The notes under the pieces are model-generated. The model was not told where the DNA came from. It saw only the letters and a list, made by a program, of their open reading frames with translations, and did no database searches. The position numbers and the translations under genes were made by a program. From NCBI RefSeq assembly GCF_009914755.1, contig NC_060931.1: 64,000 nucleotides of DNA. One strand, given 5' to 3'. Positions 19,761-45,030 of the stretch are shown here, in pieces (the stretch's first letter is position 1; every line of letters begins with the position of its first letter). Origin of the DNA: the human T2T-CHM13v2.0 reference genome, Homo sapiens.

Positions 19761-20567
19761 GTAGATACTTGAGAATGAAAGTAGATGTTTATTTTCTTCC
19801 CTGTAAATTTCTGGACACCACGCCTCACCTCCCCTTCCCACTGTACTTTGGTTGTCACACTTGTCATTCATAACATCTCATTTTACAGGCTTTTTTCTGG
19901 CCTTTTGACTCAATTACTGTCCAAGTCCTATTAATCATGTTGTTATTTAATTAACCAAACAAATATTTCTAATGTTGCTGAAATGTGTGTCTCCTTTTCC
20001 CAGCTATTTGATATTTGTGACTATGAATCTTATAATATCATCTATGTAGCCAGTTTGTTCATTTTTCGTATCCTCTTATCTTCTCTATAGTGATGACTTC
20101 CAACTGTAGCAGGGGGAAAAAATACAATATATGTCCCCAAGGCTTTCTATATCCTGCCCAGGACTATAAAATCACTAGAAATACATTTCAGATTTATTCT
20201 CTCGCTCAGCCTACAACAAATCAATAGGTGTGGACCAGAGTTCACATGTCTGATGTGATTTGTCCAGCATTTGGTTAGAACACTAAAGAAAGCACAAGTA
20301 GTTAACCAACATTTGTTGAGCAAGATCAGAACAATCACCCTTTGATATGAAGTCAGCACAAATCAGAAAATAGAATCAACCCTCTCACACACACACGCTC
20401 TAAAAGATGCTTTGAAAATTATATTTGATGAGACTAGATGTTTGTCTTCAGAGAAATCTCATTGCTGTTTCTCATTAAGAAAAAATGTAACTAAAAGAAA
20501 CACATTCGTATATTTAAATGCCATCATAACTGAGGCATAGGGAATTATGTGGAATCTGAAAAATGGT

Positions 20568-21800
<1,233 letters not shown>

Positions 21801-22140
21801 TTTGATTTATAATTTAGCCTTCTTCAATCAGCTTGTGCCCTCCTGTAAAAAGGCTTCCATGAATTCTCTTGTCACAGGAAATATTGATCAAATCACATTT
21901 TTGATGCCACGAAGCTGAGGGCAGACCTGGGACAGATGGTGTCTCCCACTGAGGGAGCGGAGGCCCCTGGGAGGTCAGTTTCTCCTGCTGCTGAACACCA
22001 TCTTCCAATCACAACAGCAAGGAATTGGGAATGTGTCATTTTAGCTGTAAAGGAATGTACATGCAAAATGTCCTGATTAATGATTATTAAAGGAAAGACC
22101 ATTTCTCTTTTCCCCAAACCCAACCTCTTTGTCACTTCAG

Positions 22141-22308
22141 ACCCCTAAGGGAGCCTGTGCAACATCGGTGAAGGTTGCTATTGACACAGGGTACCGACAT
22201 ATTGATGGGGCCTACATCTACCAAAATGAACACGAAGTTGGGGAGGCCATCAGGGAGAAGATAGCAGAAGGAAAGGTGCGGAGGGAAGATATCTTCTACT
22301 GTGGAAAG
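22141..22308 (+). CDS. AKR1D1: AKR1D1 exon 2 (aa 32-87; catalytic D53, Y58, K87)
   Basis: cttcag/ acceptor; [30 protein letters not shown]...DIFYCGK; donor AAG/GTGAGA; 168 nt. Confidence 0.98.
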
Positions 22309-22607
22309 GTGAGATCTTGCCTTCAGCCTCCACTGGGGACAGTGAGAAGGTTTCAGTTGTTCATTTTATTATTCATCTTCCGTGTGTGTGTGTGTGTAAT
22401 TGCACTCATGAGTAGGCAGTACTTAATAACAGTTTGGGTTTGTTTGTTTGTTTGTTTGTTTGAAAGATAAGTGTTCAAATGAGACCAAAATCATGCAAAA
22501 TAGGATTTTCAACATTCTTGTATCATATTAACGAATTATTTATTAGTTTGGGAGAAGTAAGCAGAGTAGCATTTAGGGGAGAGAAAGAGGGTTTTAAAAA
22601 TGTATTT

Positions 22608-25216
22608 GGCTGGGTGCGGTGTCTCACGCCTCTAATCCGCACTTCGGGAGGCCGAGGCAGGTGTTTTGCTTGAGCTCAGGAGTTCAAGACCAACCTGGGT
22701 AACATGGCAAAACCTTGTCTCTACAAAAAAAAATACAAAAATTAGCCAGGCATGGTAACTTGCACCTGTAGTCCCAGATACTTGGGAGGCTGAGGCAGGA
22801 GGATGGCTTGAGCCAGGGAGGTCAAAGCTGCAATGAGTCATGTTCATATCACTGCACTCCAACCTGAGTGACACAGCGAGACCCTCTCTCAAAAAAAAAA
22901 AAGCATTTGAGCAAATGTAATTAACTCAGACATGGTATTCAGATTTTGTTTAATAAAAGCAAACAAACGTAAATTAAAAAAAAAAAAAAACAAGCTCATA
23001 AGGTCACCAATCCAAAAGCCAGCTATGTAGGCTTCCTGGGCAGGCACATTATGCAAGCCTTTTGCTTAATGACTCATATTATAGGAGTCATTTCTTACTA
23101 TGATAGAGGCTAAAGTTAGCATACAAGGAAAAGGTGGTCAAAACATGCTTTAAATTGTCCTTTAACTTTAATCCTTTAAATTGTCCAAAAAGTACAGTTG
23201 TGAATAGAAAGCAATATTTATACGTATACAATGTCAATATGGGCTGTATGTAATAAAGCATACTTGGGCGAAATATTGGTGTTTACTTACGTAAACAGAA
23301 ACAGTGTGTGCAGCTGAGTTCATGTAATGTGCCATTGCTATTGCCTCATCAGGACTGTCTTCACTGCAGCTCAGCAGCACCTGAGAGGCAATGTGGGGGT
23401 GATTAAGAGCCTAGACTGGTGCAAGGTTGCCCAGGTCAGAGGCCCAGATCTGTCACTATTGGCTGAGTTGCCTAGCATTTCTGGACCTCAATTTTTTTTC
23501 TCTGTAAAATGGGGATAATAATGTCAACTATTTCATAAAGTTGTTATGAGTTCACATTTACAAAGCACTCACACCGAACCTGGCACAAAGCTAATACTAT
23601 GTATGTTTGTTGAATAAAAGTAAATTAAAATATCATCAGCCTATGCCCAGGAATGAAAAAGAAAGTAAAATAAATATCAAACAGAATTTCCACTTAGATG
23701 GGATTGCAATAGGAACACCAAAGAGACCCAGAGTAGCAATCAAAACACACGTAACACATTTTTCCACTACTCTCTTCATGTTAAATTTTCTCTGTGTTTT
23801 TAAGGCAAGAAAAAAATCATTGTCCAACAGAGGAAAAAATCAGATATTACCAATTTTGCTTACCCTTTCTTGTGACCAAAAAAAGTATGATTCAGGCCGG
23901 GTGCAGTGGCTCAAGCCTGTAATCCCAGCACTTTGGAAGGCAGAGGAGGAAGGATCACTTGAGGTCAGAAGTTCGAGACCAGACTGGCCAACATGGTGAA
24001 ACCCCATCTCTACTAAAAATACAAAAATTAGCCAGGCGTGGTAGCAGGTGCCTGTAATCCCAGCTACTTGGGAGGCTGAGGCAGCAGAATCGCTTGAACC
24101 CGGGAGGCAGAGGTTGCACTAAGCCAAGATCAAGCCACTGCGCTCCAGCCTCAGCAACACAGCAAGACCCCGTCTCAAAAAAAAAAAAAAAAGAAAAAAG
24201 AAAAGTATGATTCTAAACTTATATCCCCCCAAAAAAATCTGTGAGCAAAACTGATATTCCAAAAGATGTACTAATTTGTCCTGTGGGTATAAGCAACCTT
24301 GGCACCGTATGTCTCAGACACTTAAGGGTACACATGCTCCAGTAGGATCAACCAAACCTTGATCCTTCATTATGTAATGCCTTAGCGAAAGAGTAATTTA
24401 ATTGCTCTGGGGTCTAAGTAGGACCAAATAAGAACAAAAGATCAGTGAAAGCAAATCTAAATCTATGCACTAATTTAAAATTTCACCAGGCTTTCACACC
24501 ACCTGTCACAATGTGAAGGACCCAGTGAAGCCACACGCATAACCATATTCCTTGCTCATTTTATCAGAGTGGCATGACAATAAAGTATCACGCTAGGTCA
24601 GGACATCTAGAACATTGTGTAACCCTAGTTATACAATGAGGAAAAATGCAAGCACTAAGCATCAGGAAATTCACCCGGAAATGGGGAAGACTGCCATCAA
24701 ATTAGGTACTCTGTGGTCAAGGAGGATCTGTAAGTCTCTTGTGGTAGATTTGCATAAAATTATGTCTGGAGATGTGAGGGTGATCTGGCTGTAACATATG
24801 TCACCCCATTAGTCACCAGGGCTAATTCAGCTGATCTGGCTGTCTAGGCAATTGTACCTCTTGAAGCTGCACTCTCAGTGGAAGAGGACGGCTTTCCCTG
24901 ATGAAGGAGGAGGGTTTTTAGGTCAAGTGTATGTGAGTAGCTGCACTCCCCTACTAGAACCTCCAAACAAGCTCTCAAGCTAGGCTCTGAGTGTCAAGAG
25001 TTTTATCAGCTCATCCTATACTCAGATGACACTGCATCATAAACATATTTTTGTGAAATGAAATGTGTGAATAAAATGTGTACAAGCGGCTAGGCACGGT
25101 GGCTGATGCTTATAATCCCAGCACTTTGGGAGGCTGAAGTGGGCAGATCGCTTGAGCCCAGGAGTTAAAGACCAGCCTGGGCAACATAGTGAGACCCCCC
25201 ATCTCAAAAAAAAAAA
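22608..25216 (+). mobile_element. Intron 2 SINEs: AluJ 22608-22902, MIR ~23385-23610, AluS 23895-24200, FLAM 25088-25216
   Basis: Alu motifs with TSDs aaaagtatgattc and aaaatgtgtac; MIR core tctgtaaaatggggataataat. Confidence 0.85.
24770..24979 (+). pseudogene. 7SK snRNA pseudogene (RN7SKP family), 3'-truncated, internal deletion
   Basis: gatgtgagggtgatctggctg...gctgatctggctg...gagtagctgc...ctagaacctccaaacaagctctcaag aligns to 7SK nt ~1-240 with CpG decay. Confidence 0.93.
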
Positions 25217-25306
25217 TGTGTACGAGTGTTTTACAAAGAAAAAGGGGCTGCCTTATCGTAAAAAGCGTGTAGACATTAGTTAATTCTCCCTCTTTGATTC
25301 TTTCAG

Positions 25307-25423
25307 CTATGGGCTACAAATCATGTCCCAGAGATGGTCCGCCCAACCCTGGAGAGGACACTCAGGGTCCTCCAGCTAGATTATGTGGATCTTTACATCA
25401 TTGAAGTACCCATGGCCTTTAAG
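25307..25423 (+). CDS. AKR1D1: AKR1D1 exon 3 (aa 88-126; E120 at 25403-25405)
   Basis: tttcag/ acceptor; [39 protein letters not shown]; donor AAG/GTGAGT; 117 nt. Confidence 0.98.
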
Positions 25424-25465
25424 GTGAGTTCAGATGCCCAAAGGTCAGGTCTCTGCACCCTGGCA

Positions 25466-25566
25466 ACCATGAGCCAATAGCTATGTGCATGAAGCTCTGC
25501 ACCATGAGCCAATAGCTATGTGCATGAAGCTCTGCACCATGAGCCAATAGCTATGTGCATGAAGCT
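25466..25566 (+). repeat. Perfect 35-bp tandem repeat, ~2.9 copies
   Basis: accatgagccaatagctatgtgcatgaagctctgc at 25466, 25501 and 25536 (last copy 31 bp). Confidence 0.97.
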
Positions 25567-25928
25567 AGCGTATTACTTGGCACCACAGAATATTGTGGTG
25601 TTTTGTTACCACAGATCAGAGAGTACTGACCTAGTCTGACAAATACCCGAGAAGATTATGTTAGCAGACTCAGGCTTGGTTTCCAAGTTTCTTGATTTTT
25701 TAATTCAATGCAATTTCTATTATACCATGTTTTTACAACTATAGTTTAAGCTCTCTGCATCAAACCAACATGTAGTCCTCTAACTGTAGCCCACCATTGA
25801 GACACACACCCTTCTTCCCACTCACACAGTCACAATCTCCGCCCTCATCCTCACTTTGTTAATGCTGACTCTTGTTCAAATGTCAGATTTCTAACCTAAG
25901 TCTTAAAAATTTAGAAAGACCCAGTGTA

Positions 25929-27480
<1,552 letters not shown>

Positions 27481-27696
27481 ACTTAAAAGTGAGAAAATAA
27501 AATTTACTTCTCTGTGACTAACTAATGACATTTACATCTTTTTGGACTTGATAGATAATTTCTATTCTTATTTTTGATGGGTTCAAAGGCACAAAAGGTA
27601 AAATTTTAACAGTGAGAAATGACACAATATAGTGACATTACCTTCCAACTGAACCTATAATTGGGAAATCAATATTTGAAGCTTAAGTACGACATG

Positions 27697-28322
<626 letters not shown>

Positions 28323-29014
28323 TTCACATGCTTTTTGAATCTTAAGTTTTTTTAAACAAAAAATCTTTTTTGCTAAAATATTTTTAGCACTTTATTATTT
28401 TTTAAGTGTCAAGCAGACAGAATTTTAGCCAACAAAATATTAAAAATTATGACATGTTTAAAAGATAAATGAACAAGAATGAGAGTCAATAGCATAGATT
28501 TTTAAAGGGTTGGGTTATTCTTCCAATAATACCTGACTGTGAGGAAGAGGAATGAAGGAAAGAGACAAAGAGGCTTATCGGGATGAAAGGATGAGTAAAA
28601 TAGGCACAATGGAAGGTCAAGGGAAACACCTAGAGGTATCTAATGTGGGTTCAGGCTTGATAACCACCTGATTAGAATCTGGGAAAGTAAAAATCACGTA
28701 ACAGAATTCATGATGGAGGCATAAGGCCATTCAGAAGGTAAGTAAAATTAGGAAACACAAGGTAAGAAATATGGAGCAGAAATGTGGGTCATAAGTGTTG
28801 AGAAATTCAAAGTGCTTAGAAATCAGAGACAGAATGGATAATTAACATGAATAATAATGTGGCATCAAGGAGAAAAGGGACTGTTCCCTGCTCTCAGGGA
28901 GATGGGAGGAAGTTGAAAAGACATTGTCTTTCCCTAAAGCAGACAATGGGGAAAATGTTTTCCATAAAGGAAAACTGAGTTTCACAAAGGTGAAATGCTA
29001 GAGGAAAAAATTAA

Positions 29015-31300
<2,286 letters not shown>

Positions 31301-31367
31301 AAATTCTATTATTTAATTCCCAGATATAAATAAAATGAATTACATTTATTCTTTTTTTTTTTTTCAG

Positions 31368-31445
31368 CCAGGAGATGAAATATACCCTAGAGATGAGAAT
31401 GGCAAATGGTTATATCACAAGTCAAATCTGTGTGCCACTTGGGAG
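31368..31445 (+). CDS. AKR1D1: AKR1D1 exon 4 (aa 127-152)
   Basis: poly-T cag/ acceptor; [26 protein letters not shown]; donor GAG/GTAAGT; 78 nt. Confidence 0.97.
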
Positions 31446-31699
31446 GTAAGTTCAAATGTGCTTCTTATTTTAAAAGACGATATTTTTAAAACTGTGATCT
31501 GATTATTCCTGTCATATTTATGGAGAGAGATGCACCCTTTACTTTCAATGAAAAGTAACAGTCAGAACAGGCATTCCTAACCATAAGTACAGGTATATGA
31601 AATCTCCACTTCTGGGTACTAAATAATTCTTACTTTTGTTTTGCTGGAATGCCAAAGAAAAGAGAGAGGGGTGGAAGGAAAAACAGTGTAAACAAAATA

Positions 31700-38545
<6,846 letters not shown>

Positions 38546-38797
38546 TACCTGGGATCACTAAAGTGTGGTAAATACCTTGAGAAAATACAAGGGGAAGATA
38601 TGGCATACACATGTTTTCCAAATTCAATCATAGAATTACTGCCTTTTCCCACCATCCTTCTTTTACTTTTTTTCGCAAGATGCTTATTAACATACCCAGG
38701 AACTTTCCTTTTTAAAGAATTCACAGTCACCCTTATAAACATTCATTCTTGCTTCTTGTGAGGCTTGTTTGTTGACCTGTGGACATTTACTCTACAG

Positions 38798-38920
38798 GCG
38801 ATGGAAGCTTGCAAAGACGCTGGCTTGGTGAAATCCCTGGGAGTGTCCAATTTTAACCGCAGGCAGCTGGAGCTCATCCTGAACAAGCCAGGACTCAAAC
38901 ACAAGCCAGTCAGCAACCAG
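38798..38920 (+). CDS. AKR1D1: AKR1D1 exon 5 (aa 153-193)
   Basis: ctacag/ acceptor; [41 protein letters not shown] with the AKR GVSNF signature; donor CAG/GTACAG; 123 nt. Confidence 0.97.
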
Positions 38921-39097
38921 GTACAGCCTAATAGCTTCCACTAGGGTGTGGGGAGTGGGGGCAGGATTTACATGACACAAAGAAGCCTCAGCTGGGAGTC
39001 AGGAAGGCTCATGATTGCTCCACCTAAATCTCATCATGGGACCCTGTGCAAGTCTTTAGACTTCTTTCTATTGGTGTCACTTTAAAAAACGGACTTG

Positions 39098-39524
<427 letters not shown>

Positions 39525-40098
39525 TCACTATTAATTAGAGAAACTTAAATTGAAGTGTGATTTTTCTATTGCACATCAAATTAGCAAAGTTTTTGTCTTA
39601 TTAATATTTTTAAATATAATGCCCCCGTGTAGGCAAGTGATTAAATGCTAGTGAGTGCAAATTGGTTCAGCCTTACTAAAAAAACAATTTGTCAATATGT
39701 ATCAAGGGCCTTAAAAAATGTTCACAGTCCTTTATTTCTGCAATCTATGCTAATAAAAAAATATCAGAATGCCTAGATAGACTGATGTGTGTTTACTACA
39801 ACATTGTTCATAATGGAAAAAAATGGAAACAACATAATACAAAAAATTAAGGGGATGATTAAATAAGTTACAAGACATTCATATTATGTGAAATCTTAAC
39901 AAAAGATGTTCTTGAATCCATTTTAAGGAAGCAAAATGAACAAGATATGAAGGGACAGACTAGGACACGAAATGTATATAGTATGAAGGAGATTCTATTA
40001 ATAAAATGGATTTTATTGAAGAATTTTTTTTAACAGTACAATTGCATTCAACAACGTGGCCTTGATTTTGTGCTCTGCTCTCCAATGCAACCACATAG

Positions 40099-40208
40099 GT
40101 TGAGTGCCATCCGTATTTCACCCAGCCAAAACTCTTGAAATTTTGCCAACAACATGACATTGTCATTACTGCATATAGCCCTTTGGGGACCAGTAGGAAT
40201 CCAATCTG
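40099..40208 (+). CDS. AKR1D1: AKR1D1 exon 6
   Basis: acatag/ acceptor; [36 protein letters not shown](W); donor TG/GTAAGT; 110 nt. Confidence 0.97.
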
Positions 40209-40905
40209 GTAAGTAAAACTTTAGGAAGCATTTCCTTTGGTGTAGAGTGTGAGGCTCATGTGAACTACTGTATTTGATTGGAATGCCTTTTGGTTTGCCT
40301 GTGCAACCTCTTCAAGTCATTATCTGTATATATGAATTAGAACTTTTCATACTTTCCTGACTGAGCTGTTGTAAAATTGATTACATTATAGGTATGAAAT
40401 TGCCTATCAGTGCCTGATATATAGGAATGCTCAGTAAAAGTTAGTTTAATTATTATTTGACAAAGGAGTTTCTATGGCCATGTTTTGCAAATTTTCAATC
40501 TTTTGATCTCTGTATTCAATAGTGATACTTCTACTATGATGTGCTCCATAAACTTAAGTAGAAATTTTTCTACTTTAAGATGATTCCAAAAGTTGTGTCT
40601 CTATTTCTTCCACTTCAGTCTTCCTACCTTTCCCTGTATGCCAGCTCTCTCTATAAGACTCATCAAAAAATATTATTTACCCTCTGAAGGAGGCAGCTCC
40701 ATAAACTTGCCTTGCTTGATCTTCCCATACTACGAGTAACTCTCCATTCAGTGCATACTCTGCACTCAGAGAAACTGGTTACAGGTGACCTGCAGTGTCC
40801 TGGTAGGTGACTGGGTGAATGGGAAGACAGAGGAGGAGGATGGTTTATTAACCTTTGGTTCTCATTATGCAAACTAATTATGATGCATGTTTTGATATTT
40901 TTAAG

Positions 40906-41071
40906 GGTGAATGTTTCTTCTCCACCTTTGTTAAAGGATGCACTTCTAAACTCATTGGGGAAAAGGTACAATAAGACAGCAGCTCAAATTGTTTTGCGTT
41001 TCAACATCCAGCGAGGGGTGGTTGTCATTCCTAAAAGCTTTAATCTTGAAAGGATCAAAGAAAATTTTCAG
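40906..41071 (+). CDS. AKR1D1: AKR1D1 exon 7
   Basis: tttaag/ acceptor; [55 protein letters not shown] with the IPKS signature; donor CAG/GTAAGA; 166 nt. Confidence 0.97.
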
Positions 41072-42049
41072 GTAAGAGAATTGCTTTTGGAGATGTGAAA
41101 AGATGGGTATGTTTGCTATTTTTGCTTTTATAGAATGTGTTCAGCTTAATAGGAAACCTGTAACACTCTCATATTTTATTTTATACCAGCCCCTTGACCC
41201 ATGTAGCCCATATCTAGGTTTAATTTTCATTCAATTTGAGACAATTGCTAGTACTTCAGAGATTGCTTTGCTACTTGTACACTATCCAGATCTCTTATAT
41301 TTTCTCTTTCCTTATCTACTTTTTATTTTTTGTTTTAAATTTTTTTTTTGTTTGTTTAGAGATAGGGTCTTGCTATATTGCCCAGGCTAGTCTGGAACTC
41401 CTGTCTTCAAGCGATCCTTCCACCTTGACCTCCCAAAGTTCTGGGATTACAGGCGTGAGCCACTGTACCCAGCCTCTTCCCTTATCTATTGACCCTTGAC
41501 ACTACCTACTCACTTCTCTACCAGCACAACAGAAATTGAGTGAATAAAATTTGGAATTCATAATAGTCAACTTTCCACCTTCTTAATGGCTCTGGTAAAA
41601 GTTGAGGACAAATTTGAAAATTATTGAAGAGGACCATTTAGACTTCATGAATGCTAATTGCCTTTACTTCCCTCTATAAGTAATCTATGACTTACGTTGT
41701 AACTTCCAAGTGAAGAAAGAACTAGACAAAGGGGTAATTCATTTATTCCGCTACTACTAAAGACTAAACTGCTAGGTAAACACAACCATAGAAAAGTGCC
41801 ATACAAAATTAATTAATTACCCATTAGCTAATTTACATTTCAAAAGTAAATTGCCTGTTTAGCCCTACTCATAATTAAAGATAAATAAAAAGTAAGATAC
41901 TAGTTGTCCCTTCATATCAGAAAATAATCAAAATACTTGGTAATATTTGGGGAAACAGGCGCTTTGACACACTATTGTTAGAAACATTAATTTGTATGAG
42001 ATATGGAAGAGTAGGTTAAATTATTTCATGTCCATCAAAATTCAAATGT

Positions 42050-45030
42050 ACATGTTACATGATTTATTTATATGTGGAACCTAAAAAAGTTAATCACATA
42101 AAAGTAAGGAGTAGAATAGTGGTTACCGGAGGCTGAGATTATTGAAGGGAGGGTGCTATGAGGAGATGTTGGTCAAAAAAGTTGTGATTACAGTTAGAAG
42201 GAACAAATGTCAAGAGATCTATTGTACAAAAAGGTGTCTATAGTTGATGATGATATAGTGTATTCTTGAAAAACATAAAGAGAGTGCATCTTATGTGCTC
42301 TTACCACAAAAATGATAACTATATGAGGTAATGCATTTGTTAATTAGCTAGATTTAACCACTCCACAATTTATATGTATGTCAAAACATCATGTTGTATA
42401 TGATAAAAACATACAATGTTATCTGTCAAATTAAATAAATTCAAATACACTTATCCATTGACTCAGCAGTCTTACCCTATAGATGTATTTGCACATATAT
42501 ACATGGGTGCACACACACAGACAGATGTTTATTATAGAATTCTTTGTAATTTTTTAAAAACTCAAAACAATCTTCAACAGGATTTTATAAAACAAGCTAT
42601 GACATATTTGTACACTGAAATATCATATAGCCATTTAAAAAATACAAGTACTGACATAGGAAGATAGCCACAATATTAGACAATTACATCTTCAGAGCTT
42701 TTTTGCTACATGATAGAATGCAACTCAAACTTTAGCAAAAAATAAAAGATAATTTATTGGCTTGCATAACTGGAAAGTCCATGAGTAGATCAGAAATGGC
42801 TAGACACAGGTACTCAAATGATTTATAAAGAGATTTAGTCCTCTCTCTCTCTCCCTCCTTTCTCTCCACCCACATGGTGGCACAGACAATTCCTAACAGC
42901 TCCAGGATAATCAATTACTCATACTCAGTGAAGAGTGAAGATGATCAGAAACAAAGTCTTCTATCAGGGTCTCTATCAATCCCTGATTAGCTCCTGAAGG
43001 TCACCCTCATATTACCCACTGTGGCCACTGAGTAGGATACCCTGACCCCAGGGCTATATCCCTATTCCTGTGCTGAAGAAGTTAACAGACAGCTCCACTA
43101 GAAGGGGGAAGGAAAGTTCGTAAAAAGAAAAAAGGCGAAAAGATGCTGAATAGTTACATCAACTCCTGACAATAACATTTGCCAAAATGCCTCATCCTAA
43201 AAAGTGGTTGACACTCTTTTCCACAATCTTAGAAAGAGATCAACTGCATTACTAATGTGTAGGCTCATTGAAGATTAAAACACATTTTGATGGACTTTTT
43301 GAGGACTGAAAATTTTGCTGTTCAAAAATTATAGGAGTGTTACAAGTGACCTTTGCGATGGAAAGCATTTGGACTTTATAGCATCTAGCAAATCGCAATT
43401 TTGTACCAGAGAAAATGCCACTCTCCTTGAAATTTTCATTGTAACTAATTATGTTATATTCCATATGTTTCCATAGCCTTGATAATAAAAGAATGGAACT
43501 CAGAGGTCACATATTCCAAGAAAAAAACGGATACAGATTTAGAAGGAAAATGAGAATGAAAATCACAGCCAATTCTCACTCTTTAGGGAATAGACTCACC
43601 CAATAACCATGAATTTTGCTGGGTATGAAAGCAAGGAGCAACAAAATAATAAATTATGCTCTCTTAGAATGAAGGTAAAATAAACTGTTAGAAATATTTT
43701 AAAAGAATGGCAAAGATCAATAAAGCATAAAGAATAAAGGGAAAAATAAATATTTTGATGAAAAAAGAAAAGCAAAAGAAAATAAAAACTATGTAGTAAA
43801 AAGTTAAGACTGGGCACAGTGGTTCACACCTGTAATCCCAGCACTTTGGGAGGCCGAGGCAGGAAGATTGCTTGAGACCAGGAGTTTGAGAGCAGCCTGG
43901 GCAACAAAGCGAGATCCCATTGCTTTAAAATTAAAAAAAGTTAAGTTAAATCATCAGTTTAGGCTGGGTGCGGTGGCTCACTCCTCTAATCCCAGCACCT
44001 TGGGAGGCTGAGGCAGGTGGATCACCTGAGGTCTGGAGTTTGAGACCATCTTGGCCAACATGGCAAAACCCCATCTCTACTAAAAATACAAAAATTAGCC
44101 GGGCATGGTCATGGGCGCCTGTAATCCCAGCTGCTCAGGAGGCTGAGGCAGGAGAATCGCTTGAACTAGGGATGCGGAGTTTGCAGTGAGCTGAGATCAT
44201 ACCATAGCACTCCAGCCTGGATGACAAGAGTGAAACTTTGTCTCAAAACAAATAAACAAAAAACCATGAGTTTAAAAACTAGATAAAATTAAAGGTAAAC
44301 ATGAAGAAAGCTAATACGGAGCCAGGATATTTTAAAAGTTAAAATTTTAAAAAAAAGAAATTATACCAGGTGTGGTCCAGCTTTGTTGCCATCATCCACT
44401 GGCCTCCATTCTTTGAAGATGTTATCTCTGGGCTCACTTTCACTTTCTCCAACACTCTTCCTCTCATAATTCTTAGTGAATTCAACATCCACACCAGTCG
44501 TTCTCCACCCTTATCCGACAGCTCTTTGACTTCCTCTCCCATAAGAATCTTGTCCTATATATTTCAGCCACTAATTCCCATGCCTAGCCCTTGGAAATTG
44601 CAATAACAACTTCCTAATAAATCCTCCATAGCCTCAATTTCAAACATCCCCCTCTCTTTCCTACACTAGCAATTGTTCCTCTCTACTGTGTAACTCCCAC
44701 CAACATTCACATATGTAGTAACCTCCTATCTTAAAAAATAAAATCCAACCTAGACTCACTTTCCTCTCCAAGTATTATCCACTTCTCTCTTCTGTTTCAA
44801 ACATCTGGAAAGAGAAGTTGTTCTCGCTGCTTCCCATTCCCTTCCCCCACTATCTCTTGAAGCCATTCAAACCAAACTTTTACCCTGACCATCCCACTGG
44901 AACAGCCCTTGTCAAAGTTACCAGTGACCTCCACATTGCTAGATCCAGTAATTCTCAGTCCTTGTCCCACTTGGTCTTTCAACCACATCTGATACAGTTA
45001 ACAATATCTCCTTCTTCAAACATTTACTGA
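42050..45030. mobile_element. Intron 7 repeats: L1MA 3' end 42050-42437, MLT1-type 42695-43100, FLAM and AluS 43808-44262, L2 remnant 44370-45030
   Basis: L1 3'UTR gtagaatagtggttacc; L2 APE-endonuclease-like LIILSEFNIH (GDFN motif) and cttgtcaaagttaccagtgacctccacattgct. Confidence 0.65.

Noticed and set aside
24748-24755. Octamer ATTTGCAT just upstream of the 7SK copy as a Pol III type-3 promoter
   Set aside because: Real octamer/DSE elements lie ~200+ bp upstream; no PSE or well-placed TATA is visible, and retrocopies do not carry the external promoter
25466-25566. 35-bp repeats as a CRISPR-like array
   Set aside because: Head-to-tail copies with no unique spacers, no cas genes, and a primate intron context
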